A stretch of DNA of 64,000 nt from sequence record DRR723986_4199, one strand, 5' to 3'. Shown here piece after piece: positions 1 through 11,934 of the stretch; position 1 is the first letter of the stretch, and each line of letters begins with the position of its first letter. The notes beneath the pieces were generated by a model. The model was not told the origin of the DNA, searched no databases, and saw only the letters and a program-made list of their open reading frames with translations. Made by a program: the position numbers and the translations under genes.

Positions 1-841
1 CATGTTCCTGATGTGGCTGGGCGAGCAGATTACCGAGCGAGGCTTAGGGAATGGTATTTCGATCCTGATTTTCGCGGGAATTGCGGCGGGCTTGCCTGGG
101 GCGATTGGTGGGTTGTTTGAGCTGGTTAGAACCGGTGCAATGAACTCTCTCGTTGCTCTGATGATTGTGGTTCTTGCCGTGGCGGTGACTTATTTGGTGG
201 TGTTTGTAGAGCGCGGTCAGCGCAAGATCACTGTCAACTACGCAAAGAGACAAGTCGGCAACAAGATTTATCAGGGACAGACTTCACATTTGCCATTGAA
301 GTTGAACATGGCCGGTGTGATTCCTCCGATTTTCGCGTCAAGCATCATTTTGCTGCCCGCGACTTTGACAAGTTGGTTCGGGTCCGGTGACGGTGCTGTG
401 GTGGGTTTCTTGAAAGAGGTTTCACAGACTCTCTCTCCCGGACACCCCCTGTACATGTTGCTCTACGCAGCTGCGATTGTATTCTTCTGTTTCTTTTACA
501 CTGCATTGGTGTTTAACAGCAGAGAGACAGCAGACAACTTGAAAAAAAGTGGTGCATTTTTGCCTGGAATTCGCCCCGGTGAGCAGACATCCCGTTACAT
601 CGATAAGGTGTTGACTCGTCTTACTCTGATCGGTGCGGCATACATCACCTTGGTGTGTTTGTTGCCGGAGTTCCTGGTTTTGGGATTGAGTGTTCCGTTC
701 TATTTTGGCGGTACATCTCTGTTGATTATTGTAGTGGTTGCGATGGATTTCATGGCTCAGGTTCAGGCCTACGTGATGTCCCAGCAATACGACAGCCTGT
801 TGAAGAAATCAAGCTTCAAGGGTTCTGGATTAACGAGGTAG
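1..841 (+). CDS. secY: Preprotein translocase subunit SecY (5' end outside window)
   Basis: Motifs [52 protein letters not shown]; followed by infA. Confidence 0.99.
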   Translation, partial: MFLMWLGEQITERGLGNGISILIFAGIAAGLPGAIGGLFELVRTGAMNSLVALMIVVLAVAVTYLVVFVERGQRKITVNYAKRQVGNKIYQGQTSHLPLKLNMAGVIPPIFASSIILLPATLTSWFGSGDGAVVGFLKEVSQTLSPGHPLYMLLYAAAIVFFCFFYTALVFNSRETADNLKKSGAFLPGIRPGEQTSRYIDKVLTRLTLIGAAYITLVCLLPEFLVLGLSVPFYFGGTSLLIIVVVAMDFMAQVQAYVMSQQYDSLLKKSSFKGSGLTR

Positions 842-844
842 TGA

Positions 845-1063
845 TTGTCTAAAGACGACGTTATCCAAATGCAGGGAGAGGTAGTTGAAAACCTCCCTAA
901 CGCCACTTTTCGAGTGAAATTGGAAAATGGTCACGTGGTGCTTGGTCACATATCAGGCAAGATGCGGATGAACTACATTCGTATTCTTCCTGGTGACAAG
1001 GTGACGGTTGAGTTGACGCCGTACGACTTGTCCAGAGCACGAATTGTTTTTCGAGCCAAATGA
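845..1063 (+). CDS. infA: Translation initiation factor IF-1
   Basis: [12 protein letters not shown]...[22 protein letters not shown] start, with in-frame TGA immediately upstream. Confidence 0.98.
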   Translation: MSKDDVIQMQGEVVENLPNATFRVKLENGHVVLGHISGKMRMNYIRILPGDKVTVELTPYDLSRARIVFRAK

Positions 1064-1087
1064 ATTGGTTCTTTTTGGAGTTTCGCC

Positions 1088-1201
1088 ATGAAAGTTCAGG
1101 CATCTGTAAAAAAGATTTGTAGAAAATGCAAAGTGATCAAGCGCAAGGGCGTTGTTCGCGTGATTTGTTCTGAGCCGCGCCACAAGCAGCGTCAAGGTTA
1201 A
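1088..1201 (+). CDS. rpmJ: 50S ribosomal protein L36 (Zn-ribbon type); not in the ORF track
   Basis: Manual translation [43 protein letters not shown] upstream. Confidence 0.98.
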   Translation: MKVQASVKKICRKCKVIKRKGVVRVICSEPRHKQRQG

Positions 1202-1216
1202 TAAAAGGGGATTTAA

Positions 1217-1582
1217 ATGGCTCGTATTGCCGGCATTAACATTCCAAGCCACCAGCATACCGTTATCGGTCTGACTGCTATTTTCGGCATTGGTCGTTCC
1301 ACCGCCAAGAAGATTTGTGCAGTGACCTCAATTCCTGAGTCCAAAAAGGTTAAAGACCTCGACGACGCAGATTTGGAAAAGCTGCGTGACGAAGTGGGCA
1401 AGTACCTGACTGAAGGTGATCTGCGCCGTGAAGTAACCATGAACATCAAGCGCTTGATGGATTTGGGTTGCTATCGTGGTTTTCGTCACCGCAAGGGTCT
1501 GCCTGTACGTGGTCAGCGTACTCGCACAAACTCTCGCACTCGCAAGGGTCCGAAGCGTGCTGGTATCGCACTGAAGAAATAA
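1217..1582 (+). CDS. rpsM: 30S ribosomal protein S13
   Basis: [10 protein letters not shown]...[22 protein letters not shown]. Confidence 0.99.
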   Translation: MARIAGINIPSHQHTVIGLTAIFGIGRSTAKKICAVTSIPESKKVKDLDDADLEKLRDEVGKYLTEGDLRREVTMNIKRLMDLGCYRGFRHRKGLPVRGQRTRTNSRTRKGPKRAGIALKK

Positions 1583-1609
1583 TCAGGTAATCATAGGAAG
1601 GTTAGCCAA

Positions 1610-2005
1610 ATGGCCAAAGGAACAGCGAATAACCGCGCACGCAAAAAAGTCAAAAAGAATATTTCTGACGGTATTGCGCACGTGCACGCCTCATTCAACA
1701 ACACCATCATCACGATCACAGATCGTCAAGGCAATGCCTTGGCTTGGTCTACATCGGGTGCTCAGGGCTTCAAGGGTTCACGCAAGTCGACTCCTTTTGC
1801 TGCTCAGGTGGCTGCTGAAGTGGCAGGCAAGGCCGCGCAAGAATGCGGTATCAAGACAGTTGAAGTGCTCATCAAAGGACCAGGCCCAGGCCGTGAGTCC
1901 AGCGTACGTGCTTTGAATGCATTGGGTATCAAAGTGACCAGTATTTCTGACATCACTCCGATCCCACACAACGGATGTCGTCCTCCCAAGCGTCGTCGCA
2001 TCTAA
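1610..2005 (+). CDS. rpsK: 30S ribosomal protein S11
   Basis: [31 protein letters not shown]. Confidence 0.99.
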   Translation: MAKGTANNRARKKVKKNISDGIAHVHASFNNTIITITDRQGNALAWSTSGAQGFKGSRKSTPFAAQVAAEVAGKAAQECGIKTVEVLIKGPGPGRESSVRALNALGIKVTSISDITPIPHNGCRPPKRRRI

Positions 2006-2081
2006 TTTTTTTAAGACCATTGTTCGCCAGATCGTTTGGCGGACTGAAGCGAGTCAAATCGCGTAATGAAAGAGGTTTCAA

Positions 2082-2705
2082 GTGGCTAGATATACAGGTC
2101 CAAAGTGTAAGTTGTCACGTCGTGAAGGCACAGATTTAAGTCTGAAAAGCGCACGCCGTAGTCTCGATTCCAAGTGCAAGCTGGATTCAAAGCCAGGTCA
2201 GCATGGTCGCACCTCTGGTGCTCGTACCTCTGACTACGGTCAACAATTGCGTGAAAAGCAAAAAGTGAAGCGTATGTATGGTGTGCTGGAAAAGCAGTTC
2301 CGTCGCTACTTCGCTGAAGCGTCACGCCGCAAAGGCAACACCGGTGAAACCTTGTTGCAATTGTTGGAATCCCGTCTGGACAACGTGGTTTATCGCATGG
2401 GTTTCGGTTCCACTCGCGCCGAAGCACGTCAGCTGGTAAGCCACAAGGCGATTTTGGTGAATGGCAAGGCCGTTAACATTCCTTCCTACTCCGTGAAGTT
2501 GAATGACGTGATTTCCATTCGCGAAAAGTCGAAGACTCAGGCGCGTATTGTTGAGTCTGTAACTTTGGCAGAACAGATGGGTTTCCCGCTGTGGGTAAAT
2601 GTCGACGCGAAGAAAATGGAAGGTTCTTTCAAGAGCATTCCTGAGCGCGCTGACCTTTCTCAAGAGATCAACGAAAGTTTGATCGTTGAATTGTACTCAC
2701 GTTAA
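2082..2705 (+). CDS. rpsD: 30S ribosomal protein S4
   Basis: [36 protein letters not shown] start with GAGG SD. Confidence 0.99.
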   Translation: MARYTGPKCKLSRREGTDLSLKSARRSLDSKCKLDSKPGQHGRTSGARTSDYGQQLREKQKVKRMYGVLEKQFRRYFAEASRRKGNTGETLLQLLESRLDNVVYRMGFGSTRAEARQLVSHKAILVNGKAVNIPSYSVKLNDVISIREKSKTQARIVESVTLAEQMGFPLWVNVDAKKMEGSFKSIPERADLSQEINESLIVELYSR

Positions 2706-2777
2706 TTTGATTAACTGATCCAAGGGATCCCCAGCCTTATCGGTGTAACGAGCCGAGGGTATTGAAAAGGATTTTGA

Positions 2778-3758
2778 ATGTTTAATGCTAGCTTGCTGAA
2801 GCCACGTATTGTTGAGGTCGAGACAGTCGCCCCCAACAGTGCAAAAGTAGTCATGGAGCCCTTTGAGCGTGGTTATGGCCACACTCTGGGTAACGCTCTG
2901 CGTCGCGTGTTGTTGTCATCCATGATTGGTTATGCACCCACTGAGGTGTCGATCGCCGGTGTTGTGCATGAATACTCGACACTGGATGGAGTGCAGGAAG
3001 ACGTTGTAGACCTGTTGTTGAACCTGAAAGGAATCGTCTTTAAGTTGGAGTCACGCGATGTGGTGACTGTGACTCTGAAGCGCGAGGTTGAAGGTGTAGT
3101 GACGGCGGGCGACATTGAGCTTCCCCATGATGTGGAGATTATCAATCCGGATCATGTGATCGCCCACTTGTCTCAAGGCGGCAAGTTGGACATGCAAATC
3201 AAGGTTGAGAAAGGACGTGGTTATGTTCCAGGTTCAGTTCGTCGTTTCCCTGACGAGCCGAGCAAGGCGATTGGCCGCATCGTACTGGATGCATCATTCA
3301 GCCCGGTTAAACGAGTTTCTTACGCCGTGGAAAGTGCGCGTGTAGAACAGCGTACAGACTTGGACCGTTTGGTGATGTCGATTGAAACCAATGGTGTGTT
3401 GTCACCTGAGGAGTCGATTCGTCTGGCCGCACGTATTCTGGTTGAGCAACTTTCTGTGTTTGCTGCACTGGAGAATACGGCTGAACCTGAAGTTTCTCAG
3501 CGTGCTCCACAGGTTGATCCAATCCTGTTGCGTCCGGTAGATGATCTGGAACTGACGGTGCGCTCAGCGAACTGTTTGAAAGCCGAAAACATTTATTACA
3601 TCGGCGATCTGATTCAGCGCACGGAAAACGAGTTGTTGAAGACTCCGAACCTGGGTCGCAAGTCGTTGAACGAAATCAAGGAGGTGTTGGCCGCACGCGG
3701 TTTGACACTCGGTATGAAATTGGAAAACTGGCCACCCGCCGGTCTCGATAAGCCCTGA
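2778..3758 (+). CDS. rpoA: RNA polymerase alpha subunit
   Basis: [42 protein letters not shown]. Confidence 0.99.
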   Translation: MFNASLLKPRIVEVETVAPNSAKVVMEPFERGYGHTLGNALRRVLLSSMIGYAPTEVSIAGVVHEYSTLDGVQEDVVDLLLNLKGIVFKLESRDVVTVTLKREVEGVVTAGDIELPHDVEIINPDHVIAHLSQGGKLDMQIKVEKGRGYVPGSVRRFPDEPSKAIGRIVLDASFSPVKRVSYAVESARVEQRTDLDRLVMSIETNGVLSPEESIRLAARILVEQLSVFAALENTAEPEVSQRAPQVDPILLRPVDDLELTVRSANCLKAENIYYIGDLIQRTENELLKTPNLGRKSLNEIKEVLAARGLTLGMKLENWPPAGLDKP

Positions 3759-3791
3759 GCTTAGCGTTTGTTAGATTGAAGGATATTTAAA

Positions 3792-4190
3792 ATGCGTCAC
3801 CGTCATGGATTGCGTAAACTAAATCGCACCAGCAGCCACCGCCTCGCAATGTTTAGAAACATGACCAACGCTTTGTTGCGTCACGAAGTGATCAAAACAA
3901 CGCTGCCAAAGGCCAAGGAACTGCGCAAGATTGCAGAACCCATTATCACCATGGGCAAGTCCCCCACACTGGCCAACAAGCGCCTGGCATTTAGCCGCTT
4001 GCGTGACCGTGAAATGGTTGTGAAGTTGTTTGACGAGATCGGTCCTCGTTACGCGGCTCGACCAGGTGGTTACATGCGCGTTTTGAAGTTTGGTTTCCGC
4101 AAAGGCGACAATGCACCAATGGCTTTGGTAGAGTTGGTGGATCGTCCCGAAACTGCTGAGATTGTAGAAATCGCTGAAGAGCAGGCCTAA
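3792..4190 (+). CDS. rplQ: 50S ribosomal protein L17
   Basis: [24 protein letters not shown]. Confidence 0.99.
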   Translation: MRHRHGLRKLNRTSSHRLAMFRNMTNALLRHEVIKTTLPKAKELRKIAEPIITMGKSPTLANKRLAFSRLRDREMVVKLFDEIGPRYAARPGGYMRVLKFGFRKGDNAPMALVELVDRPETAEIVEIAEEQA

Positions 4191-4273
4191 AACCATTCGG
4201 CATTGCTTTTTGTCGTGGCTGTGTTGCCACTTCAAGTGATGCTGAATTTGAGTGCCGCGGAATCAGTTTTAAG

Positions 4274-4308
4274 AAAGCCGTGTTAGCTTATGCTAGCGCG
4301 GCTTTTTT
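4274..4308 (+). terminator. Intrinsic terminator of the alpha operon
   Basis: AAAGCCGTGTTAGC-TTAT-GCTAGCGCGGCTTT stem (with G-U pairs) followed by T-run. Confidence 0.85.
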
Positions 4309-4360
4309 ATTGTCGTTGACGGGTTTGTTTTGTGTCGAAAATTGCTGGGGATTTTAGTAA

Positions 4361-5290
4361 GTGGCTGGCTCTACCGTTTTGAACTTGAATGATGTACGCA
4401 AAAGCTACGGTGGACGCGCGATACTGACGGGTTTGAACTTTTCGCTGAATGCGGGCGAGTGTGTTGCTTTACTGGGACCGAACGGTGCTGGAAAGTCCAC
4501 TACGATTGCTTTGGCTTTGGGCTTGGCTCAAGCGGACACAGGCCTGGTGGAACTGCTTGGGAATAGACTTCCCGACGCAGGGCACATTGCCAGGCAGGAT
4601 GTGGGCGTTGTGCCCCAATACGACGCTTTGGACCCCGATTTCACGGTATTCGAGAACTTGATGGTGTTTGGTCGCTATTTCGGTCTGCACGGCAAACCAT
4701 TGCGTGAGCGTGCAGAATTACTGCTCAGTTTCTCTCAGTTGGTCAATCGCAGAAATGATTCAGTAGCCACGCTGTCTGGCGGTATGCGTAGACGTTTGAT
4801 GCTGGCTCGTGCCTTAATCAATCAGCCAAAAGTATTGTTTCTTGATGAGCCAACTACGGGTCTGGACCCGCAAGCGAAACATGTGATTTGGGATCGATTG
4901 GTGGACCTGAAGCGTCAAGGGATGGCGATGTTGTTGACGACCCACTACATGGATGAGGCACAGCGCTTGGCGGACCGGGTGGCCGTACTGGATCATGGAA
5001 ATATTGTGGCCTGTGACAAACCCCTCACGTTGATTCGCAAGGTAGTTGGCCACGCAGTACTGGAATTGTGGGGGACTGGCGCAGCACGTTGCGTGTCGCA
5101 GCATGTCAGTTCAAAGGGTGAGCCGATTGAGCAGCGAGGCGAGACTTTTTATTTCAGGAATGAAAAAGCCGACGAGATGTTGGAGGCATTGAAACGTTCG
5201 CCACAATCTGATGTGGATTATATTTATCGCCCGGGAAATCTGGAGGATGTGTTTTTCAGTTTGACTGGCAGGGCTTTGCGCGATGATTAA
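4361..5290 (+). CDS. nodI: ABC transporter ATP-binding protein, NodI-like
   Basis: Walker A GPNGAGKS, LSGGM signature, [35 protein letters not shown]-terminus. Confidence 0.85.
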   Translation: MAGSTVLNLNDVRKSYGGRAILTGLNFSLNAGECVALLGPNGAGKSTTIALALGLAQADTGLVELLGNRLPDAGHIARQDVGVVPQYDALDPDFTVFENLMVFGRYFGLHGKPLRERAELLLSFSQLVNRRNDSVATLSGGMRRRLMLARALINQPKVLFLDEPTTGLDPQAKHVIWDRLVDLKRQGMAMLLTTHYMDEAQRLADRVAVLDHGNIVACDKPLTLIRKVVGHAVLELWGTGAARCVSQHVSSKGEPIEQRGETFYFRNEKADEMLEALKRSPQSDVDYIYRPGNLEDVFFSLTGRALRDD

Positions 5291-6050
5291 TTTTCATGCG
5301 GTATTTCAGGTGTGGCGGCGAAACTTCTTGGTGTGGCGCAAGCTGGCGCTCCCATCGTTGCTTGGCAATGTGGTTGACCCGGTTATGGCACTGATGGCTT
5401 TTGGCCTGGGGCTTGGATCAATGTTGCCCAATGTGGGAGGTATGCCGTACCTGAACTACCTGGCCGTGGGGGCTGTATGCATTAGCGCTATGAATGCGCC
5501 CACTTTTGAAGCCTTGTACTCTGCTTTTTCACGCATGCACACTCAGAAAACATGGCAGGTGATCATGAACACGCCGGTTCGCCTGCGCGAGGTGGTGTTG
5601 GGTGAATGTAGTTGGGCTGCCAGCAAAGGTTTAATCAGTACGGGGGCGATGTTGTTGATCGTCGCACTCTTGGGTATTGGTGATGCGCAATTCTGGGTTT
5701 TGTCCTGGCTTGTGCTGATTCTTGCTTGTTTGATGTTTGCCGGGTTTGGGCTGTGCATCAATGCCAGGGCGCCCAGCTACGATTTCTTTATGTTTTATTT
5801 CACTTTGGTGGTAACACCCATGACATTCCTGTCGGGTGCATTTTTCCCCAGAGAGCAGTTGCCTGAGTGGTTGGAGGTGGTGGCTGACTACATGCCACTT
5901 TCGGTGGTGGTCGATGCACTCAGGGGAATTTATGCTCGTGATTTCAGCATGTTGCCGGCACTTTTGGCGCAAATGGCTGTCTACGCCACAGTGGGTATAG
6001 GGTTGGCGATATTTTTGACCGAACGCAGGTTTAGACGGAAAGGCGCATGA
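5283..6050 (+). CDS. nodJ: ABC-2 permease, NodJ-like
   Basis: VWRRNFLVWRKLA, FEALYSAFSRMH, PSYDFFMFYFTL; overlaps nodI stop. Confidence 0.85.
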   Translation: MINFHAVFQVWRRNFLVWRKLALPSLLGNVVDPVMALMAFGLGLGSMLPNVGGMPYLNYLAVGAVCISAMNAPTFEALYSAFSRMHTQKTWQVIMNTPVRLREVVLGECSWAASKGLISTGAMLLIVALLGIGDAQFWVLSWLVLILACLMFAGFGLCINARAPSYDFFMFYFTLVVTPMTFLSGAFFPREQLPEWLEVVADYMPLSVVVDALRGIYARDFSMLPALLAQMAVYATVGIGLAIFLTERRFRRKGA

Positions 6051-6391
6051 AGAATAATGCGGAACGATGTTGGGTGGCTTACTCCACGGTCGACTCACAT
6101 GTGCATGCCACGGCGTTGGCACATCGTTTGGTGGATGAGCAGTTGGTGGCCTGTGTGAATATTGTGGGCCCGGTGGAGTCGGTGTATCGCTGGCAGGGAA
6201 AGGTCGAGCAGGCCAAGGAATGGATGTTGATGATGAAGTGTTCCGAATCGCAATGTGCGGAATTGAAACGTGCACTGACCAATCTGCACGGTTATGAGGT
6301 ACCTGAGTTGATTCTGTTGCCTATAACCGATGGGCACATGCCGTACCTGAACTGGATTGCCGAGAGTGGCAAGGAGTTTGGGCATGATTGA
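6047..6391 (+). CDS. cutA: Divalent-cation tolerance protein CutA
   Basis: LVACVNI, SVYRWQGKVE, HGYEVPELI, YLNWI. Confidence 0.95.
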   Translation: MKNNAERCWVAYSTVDSHVHATALAHRLVDEQLVACVNIVGPVESVYRWQGKVEQAKEWMLMMKCSESQCAELKRALTNLHGYEVPELILLPITDGHMPYLNWIAESGKEFGHD

Positions 6392-8285
6392 GCGAAACGT
6401 GCGCTGGATGTTGTCTGCGTTGTTGTTGCTAACAAATTTGTGGATGGGGTTGAGCCACGCCCGTGCCAATGATTTTTTACCGCCCGAAGAAGCGTTTCAG
6501 TTTACTTTGAGTGTGCAAGATCCCGCCTGTGTTGAGGATTGCCTGATCGATGTGCGCGCCAAGGTGGCGCCCGAGTATTACCTGTACCGTGAGCGTTTTG
6601 CGCTTGAGAACCCGATGAATTTGCCAGTGTTCGAATTTGTCCAGTTACCGCGGGGGGATCGTAAGTTTGATGAGTTCCTGAATCAGGAGATTGAGGCGCT
6701 GCGTGGCGAGATGGTGTTCCAAATTCGTTATGGTTTGGGTGATAACCCGGCGGATCTGGCCAAGGCGGTCATGATTTCTCAAGGGTGCGCGGACGCAGGT
6801 TTGTGTTACCCGCCGATGGCCACGCCGGTGGCATTCAAGGACAGTGGTTTGTTCGGTGGTGTGTTAGGTGGGGGAGTCAGCACGTTCTTCGGGAAGAAAC
6901 CGGATTCCTCTTCCACGAACAGCCGGCAATCCAGCGCTGGTTTGCCAGCAGATGAGGCGGGCGACCTGGCAAGCAGGTTGGCAGCCCAGTCATGGCTGGT
7001 TGTGCTGCCGGTGTTTTTTGGATTGGGTTTGCTGTTGGCTTTTACGCCTTGTACTTTGCCGATGTTGCCTATTGTCAGCAGTCTCGTAGTAGGGCAACAG
7101 GCTGGTGGTCAGGGGGCAGTGGGTAAGGCAAGACCAATGGCTTTGGCCCTGGTGTATGTACTCGGCATGGCCATGACCTACGCTTTGTTGGGCGTGCTGG
7201 CCGGACTGACAGGTCAAAGTCTGGTCATGGCGATGCAACAGCCTCCAGTGTTGTGGGCTTTTGGCGGTGTGCTGGCTTTGCTGGGGGTTGCTCTCTTGAT
7301 GGGTTATTCGCTGCAATTGCCGGCAAGCTTTCAGGGTTGGCTGCAAGAGAAAACCGGTCGTCTGAAAGGTGGGCAATTCATTCCTGTGTTGGTCATGGGC
7401 GTGTTGTCGGCTCTGTTGTTGGGTCCGTGTGTGGCGCCGCCCTTGGCTGGCGCCTTGTTGTATATCGGACAAACTGGTGACGCAGTTTTGGGTGGCGCAG
7501 CTTTGTTTTTGCTGGCCTTGGGCATGGGCTTACCGCTGGTGCTGTTTGCCGCAGGCGCAGGTGCAGCCTTGCCAAAAGCCGGTGCCTGGATGAGTTGGGT
7601 GTCGGCCGCATTCGGTTTTGTGTTGTTGGCTGTGGCGGTGTGGACAATTACGCCAGTGACGCCGGTGTGGCTCATTATGGCGATGTGGGCTTTGCTGGCG
7701 TGTATGACTGCAGCGGCCTTGTTTCATGGCGCAAGTAGCATGGCGACCATGGGCTCACGAGGCAAGGTGATCAGCAAGACATTTGGTTTGTTGTTTACGC
7801 TCTTGGCTTTGATTTACCTGATGGGCCTTTTTTCCGGCTCAGGCAGCCTGCTTCAGCCATTGGCTGGCTTGAATGGGCAGCCAATGGGTGCCAACGGAGT
7901 GTCTCAACAACTTGCGACAGGCAAGCCTGCGTTCGAGAAGGTGCGCAGTGAGGAGGTTGTGAGTTTGATTGACTCGAGCCAGCAGCCTGTCATGCTCGAC
8001 TTTTACGCAGACTGGTGTGTGAGTTGCAAAGAGTTTGAGCTGTTCACATTGACTGATGACGCGGTTAAAAAGAAGCTGGAAGGTATTCGTTTGGTGCAGG
8101 TAGATGTGACTGACAACACCGCGGGTGATCAGGCTTTGCTAAAACAATTCAGCCTGTTTGGACCACCGGCAATTTTGTTTTTTCCGGCTGGGCAAACAGA
8201 GTCTATTCATCAGGTGATCGGTTTTCAGAATGCAAAGCGTTTTGAGCAGACCTTGAGCCAGATCCGTCCCAGCCTTGGTTTGTAA
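6384..8285 (+). CDS. dsbD: Thiol:disulfide interchange protein DsbD
   Basis: QGCADAGLCYPP, FTPCTLPM, GPCVAPPL, thioredoxin WCVSC; ATG at 6384 behind AAGGAG. Confidence 0.96.
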   Translation: MIERNVRWMLSALLLLTNLWMGLSHARANDFLPPEEAFQFTLSVQDPACVEDCLIDVRAKVAPEYYLYRERFALENPMNLPVFEFVQLPRGDRKFDEFLNQEIEALRGEMVFQIRYGLGDNPADLAKAVMISQGCADAGLCYPPMATPVAFKDSGLFGGVLGGGVSTFFGKKPDSSSTNSRQSSAGLPADEAGDLASRLAAQSWLVVLPVFFGLGLLLAFTPCTLPMLPIVSSLVVGQQAGGQGAVGKARPMALALVYVLGMAMTYALLGVLAGLTGQSLVMAMQQPPVLWAFGGVLALLGVALLMGYSLQLPASFQGWLQEKTGRLKGGQFIPVLVMGVLSALLLGPCVAPPLAGALLYIGQTGDAVLGGAALFLLALGMGLPLVLFAAGAGAALPKAGAWMSWVSAAFGFVLLAVAVWTITPVTPVWLIMAMWALLACMTAAALFHGASSMATMGSRGKVISKTFGLLFTLLALIYLMGLFSGSGSLLQPLAGLNGQPMGANGVSQQLATGKPAFEKVRSEEVVSLIDSSQQPVMLDFYADWCVSCKEFELFTLTDDAVKKKLEGIRLVQVDVTDNTAGDQALLKQFSLFGPPAILFFPAGQTESIHQVIGFQNAKRFEQTLSQIRPSLGL

Positions 8286-8298
8286 GCCGGAACACGAT

Positions 8299-9342
8299 TC
8301 AGGGTTTGCCGAGGTGATTACGGCCTTTGATCCAGAAGATCAATCCGATTGAAACGATGCTGGACAGGCCCATGAGACCCAGGCTGATCCAGAACCCATT
8401 CGGATTATTCAAGAAAGGTATTTCTTCGAAGTTCATGCCAAAAATGCCGCTGATGAGCGTGAGCGGCATGAACAAGGCGGTCAGCATGGTCAAAACTGTC
8501 ACGATTTCATTGGTTTTGTGGGCCGTGGCGGAGAAGTGAAGTTGCACCGCAGTTTCTGTATTTGCACCCAAGCGGCGCGTGAGACTGACGACTCGTTCCA
8601 GGTGTTCAAGCGTGTCGCGTGCGTTCACTTGCAGGGCGGCGGCCATGCGGCCTTCACGTTCTTGGTCGTCTTGCCAGTCAGTGAGCGCATCGCGCTGGTC
8701 TTGAGCGACTGATTCCAGTCGATTCATTTCATTGCGAGCGGCGAGCAAGGCATTCCAGTCTTGAAAGCGTTTACGCGGATTGAGCAAATCACGTTGCCAG
8801 CGATCCAGTTGTTCGGAAATTTCGACCCGGGTTTCCATGAAGCGGTCCACCAAATTGCTGACCAGCTGGATCATGAGTTCATCTGTACCTGCTGGGGCAC
8901 GTTTGAACTTCAGGAAATTCTCAATTTCATTGAGCGATTTTTCAGGCGTACTGTCCACGAACTTGCGGGCCATTGCGAATGTGCGGCTGTCTTTGGGGCG
9001 GAAGGTGACCAGCAGTTTTGGAGTGATGACAAAGAACACCGGGCGTGTCTTGATGCTGAGTCGGTTGTTTTCGTCAAACAGAGGTTTGCTGGACAGAGAC
9101 CGGATAATCAGAATGTTGTAACCATCACCAATGTCGAAGTGACTGGGATGAAAGGTGTTGGCAAGGTCCTCCAGGTGCAGTTCGTCCAATTTGAAGCCAA
9201 GCAGGGATTCAACCGCCGGCAGCCAGGACAGCTCTTCATCGAGTTGTGTGTCGAGCCACAGAAACCCGTTCTCGGGCAGTTGGCTGGGCGCATCACTTAA
9301 CTTCTTGATCTTGTCTTGAGTCAGATGCGTCCAGATTCCCAT
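8299..9342 (-). CDS. CorA-family Mg2+/Co2+ transporter
   Basis: Two C-terminal TM helices with GIFGMNF signature. Confidence 0.92.
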   Translation of the reverse strand: MGIWTHLTQDKIKKLSDAPSQLPENGFLWLDTQLDEELSWLPAVESLLGFKLDELHLEDLANTFHPSHFDIGDGYNILIIRSLSSKPLFDENNRLSIKTRPVFFVITPKLLVTFRPKDSRTFAMARKFVDSTPEKSLNEIENFLKFKRAPAGTDELMIQLVSNLVDRFMETRVEISEQLDRWQRDLLNPRKRFQDWNALLAARNEMNRLESVAQDQRDALTDWQDDQEREGRMAAALQVNARDTLEHLERVVSLTRRLGANTETAVQLHFSATAHKTNEIVTVLTMLTALFMPLTLISGIFGMNFEEIPFLNNPNGFWISLGLMGLSSIVSIGLIFWIKGRNHLGKP

Positions 9343-9347
9343 TCGAA

Positions 9348-11008
<1,661 letters not shown>

Positions 11009-11175
11009 ATTTTAGATGCAAGACAGCCGCTTGAGTGGTTATAATCTAGGGTTTGTGAAAACTTTGCCGCGGTTGCGCCTTTGTTTGACGTGCTTGTGCT
11101 CTGATTGGGCCGGAGTTGACAGGGTTTTTTGGATCGCCGCACTATTTTTTGATGCACTTTTTGATGGGTTTGACC

Positions 11176-11829
11176 ATGCTGAACAAGCTGACGACGCTTA
11201 AACTGAGTTCTCTGTTTGCCGCTTTGATGTTTTCAATGTCTGTGGCCCAGGCTGCCGGCCCCGTTGAAGTGTTCAAGCCCGACTTGGCCAAAGGCAAGGA
11301 AATCATGCAGCAGTGTGTGGCTTGCCACGGTGCCGATGGTAACGCCTCTGCCTCTATTTACCCCAAAATTGCGGGTCAGCATGCGGAATACCTGTACAAG
11401 CAGCTGGTAAATTTCAAGCCAGGCAAGGATGGTGAAAAGCCGCTACGCGATAATGCGATCATGGCAGGCTTCGCGGCTGCTTTGTCTGATGAAGACATGA
11501 AGAACGTCTCCGCTTACCTGGCTGCCCAGAAGCAGACCTTGGGTTCTGCCAAGAACAAAGACACTTTGGCCTTGGGTGAAAAGATTTACCGTGGCGGTAT
11601 TGCAGACAAGAAGATTCCGGCCTGTGCAGGTTGCCACAGCCCGAATGGCGCAGGCATTCCGGCCCAATACCCACGTTTGGGCGGCCAGCACGCCCAGTAC
11701 ACAGAAAGCCAGTTGATTGCATTCCGTGACGGCGTGCGCAACAACAGTGAACAAATGACGGTGATTGCAAACAAGATGTCGGACAAGGAAATGAAAGCGG
11801 TGTCCGATTACATCGCAGGTTTGCGTTGA
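11176..11829 (+). CDS. Di-heme cytochrome c4
   Basis: Signal peptide; two CxxCH motifs (CVACH, CAGCH); YPKIAGQ/YPRLGGQ; start uncertain. Confidence 0.93.
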   Translation: MLNKLTTLKLSSLFAALMFSMSVAQAAGPVEVFKPDLAKGKEIMQQCVACHGADGNASASIYPKIAGQHAEYLYKQLVNFKPGKDGEKPLRDNAIMAGFAAALSDEDMKNVSAYLAAQKQTLGSAKNKDTLALGEKIYRGGIADKKIPACAGCHSPNGAGIPAQYPRLGGQHAQYTESQLIAFRDGVRNNSEQMTVIANKMSDKEMKAVSDYIAGLR

Positions 11830-11851
11830 ACATTTGACGCAATTGCCGGTC

Positions 11852-11883
11852 AAAAAGGGGCTAGAGAATAGCCCCTTTTTTTT
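11852..11883 (+). terminator. Intrinsic terminator after cytochrome c4
   Basis: AAAAAGGGGCTA-GAGAA-TAGCCCCTTTTTTTT. Confidence 0.88.
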
Positions 11884-11934
11884 CGACATGGGCAAAAGTC
11901 AGAAAAGTACACAGAGTTAACAGCGGGGAAGCGT

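Noticed and set aside
4361-6050. Nodulation (symbiosis) locus
   Set aside because: No nodABC or nodD in the window; NodIJ homologues occur in non-symbionts
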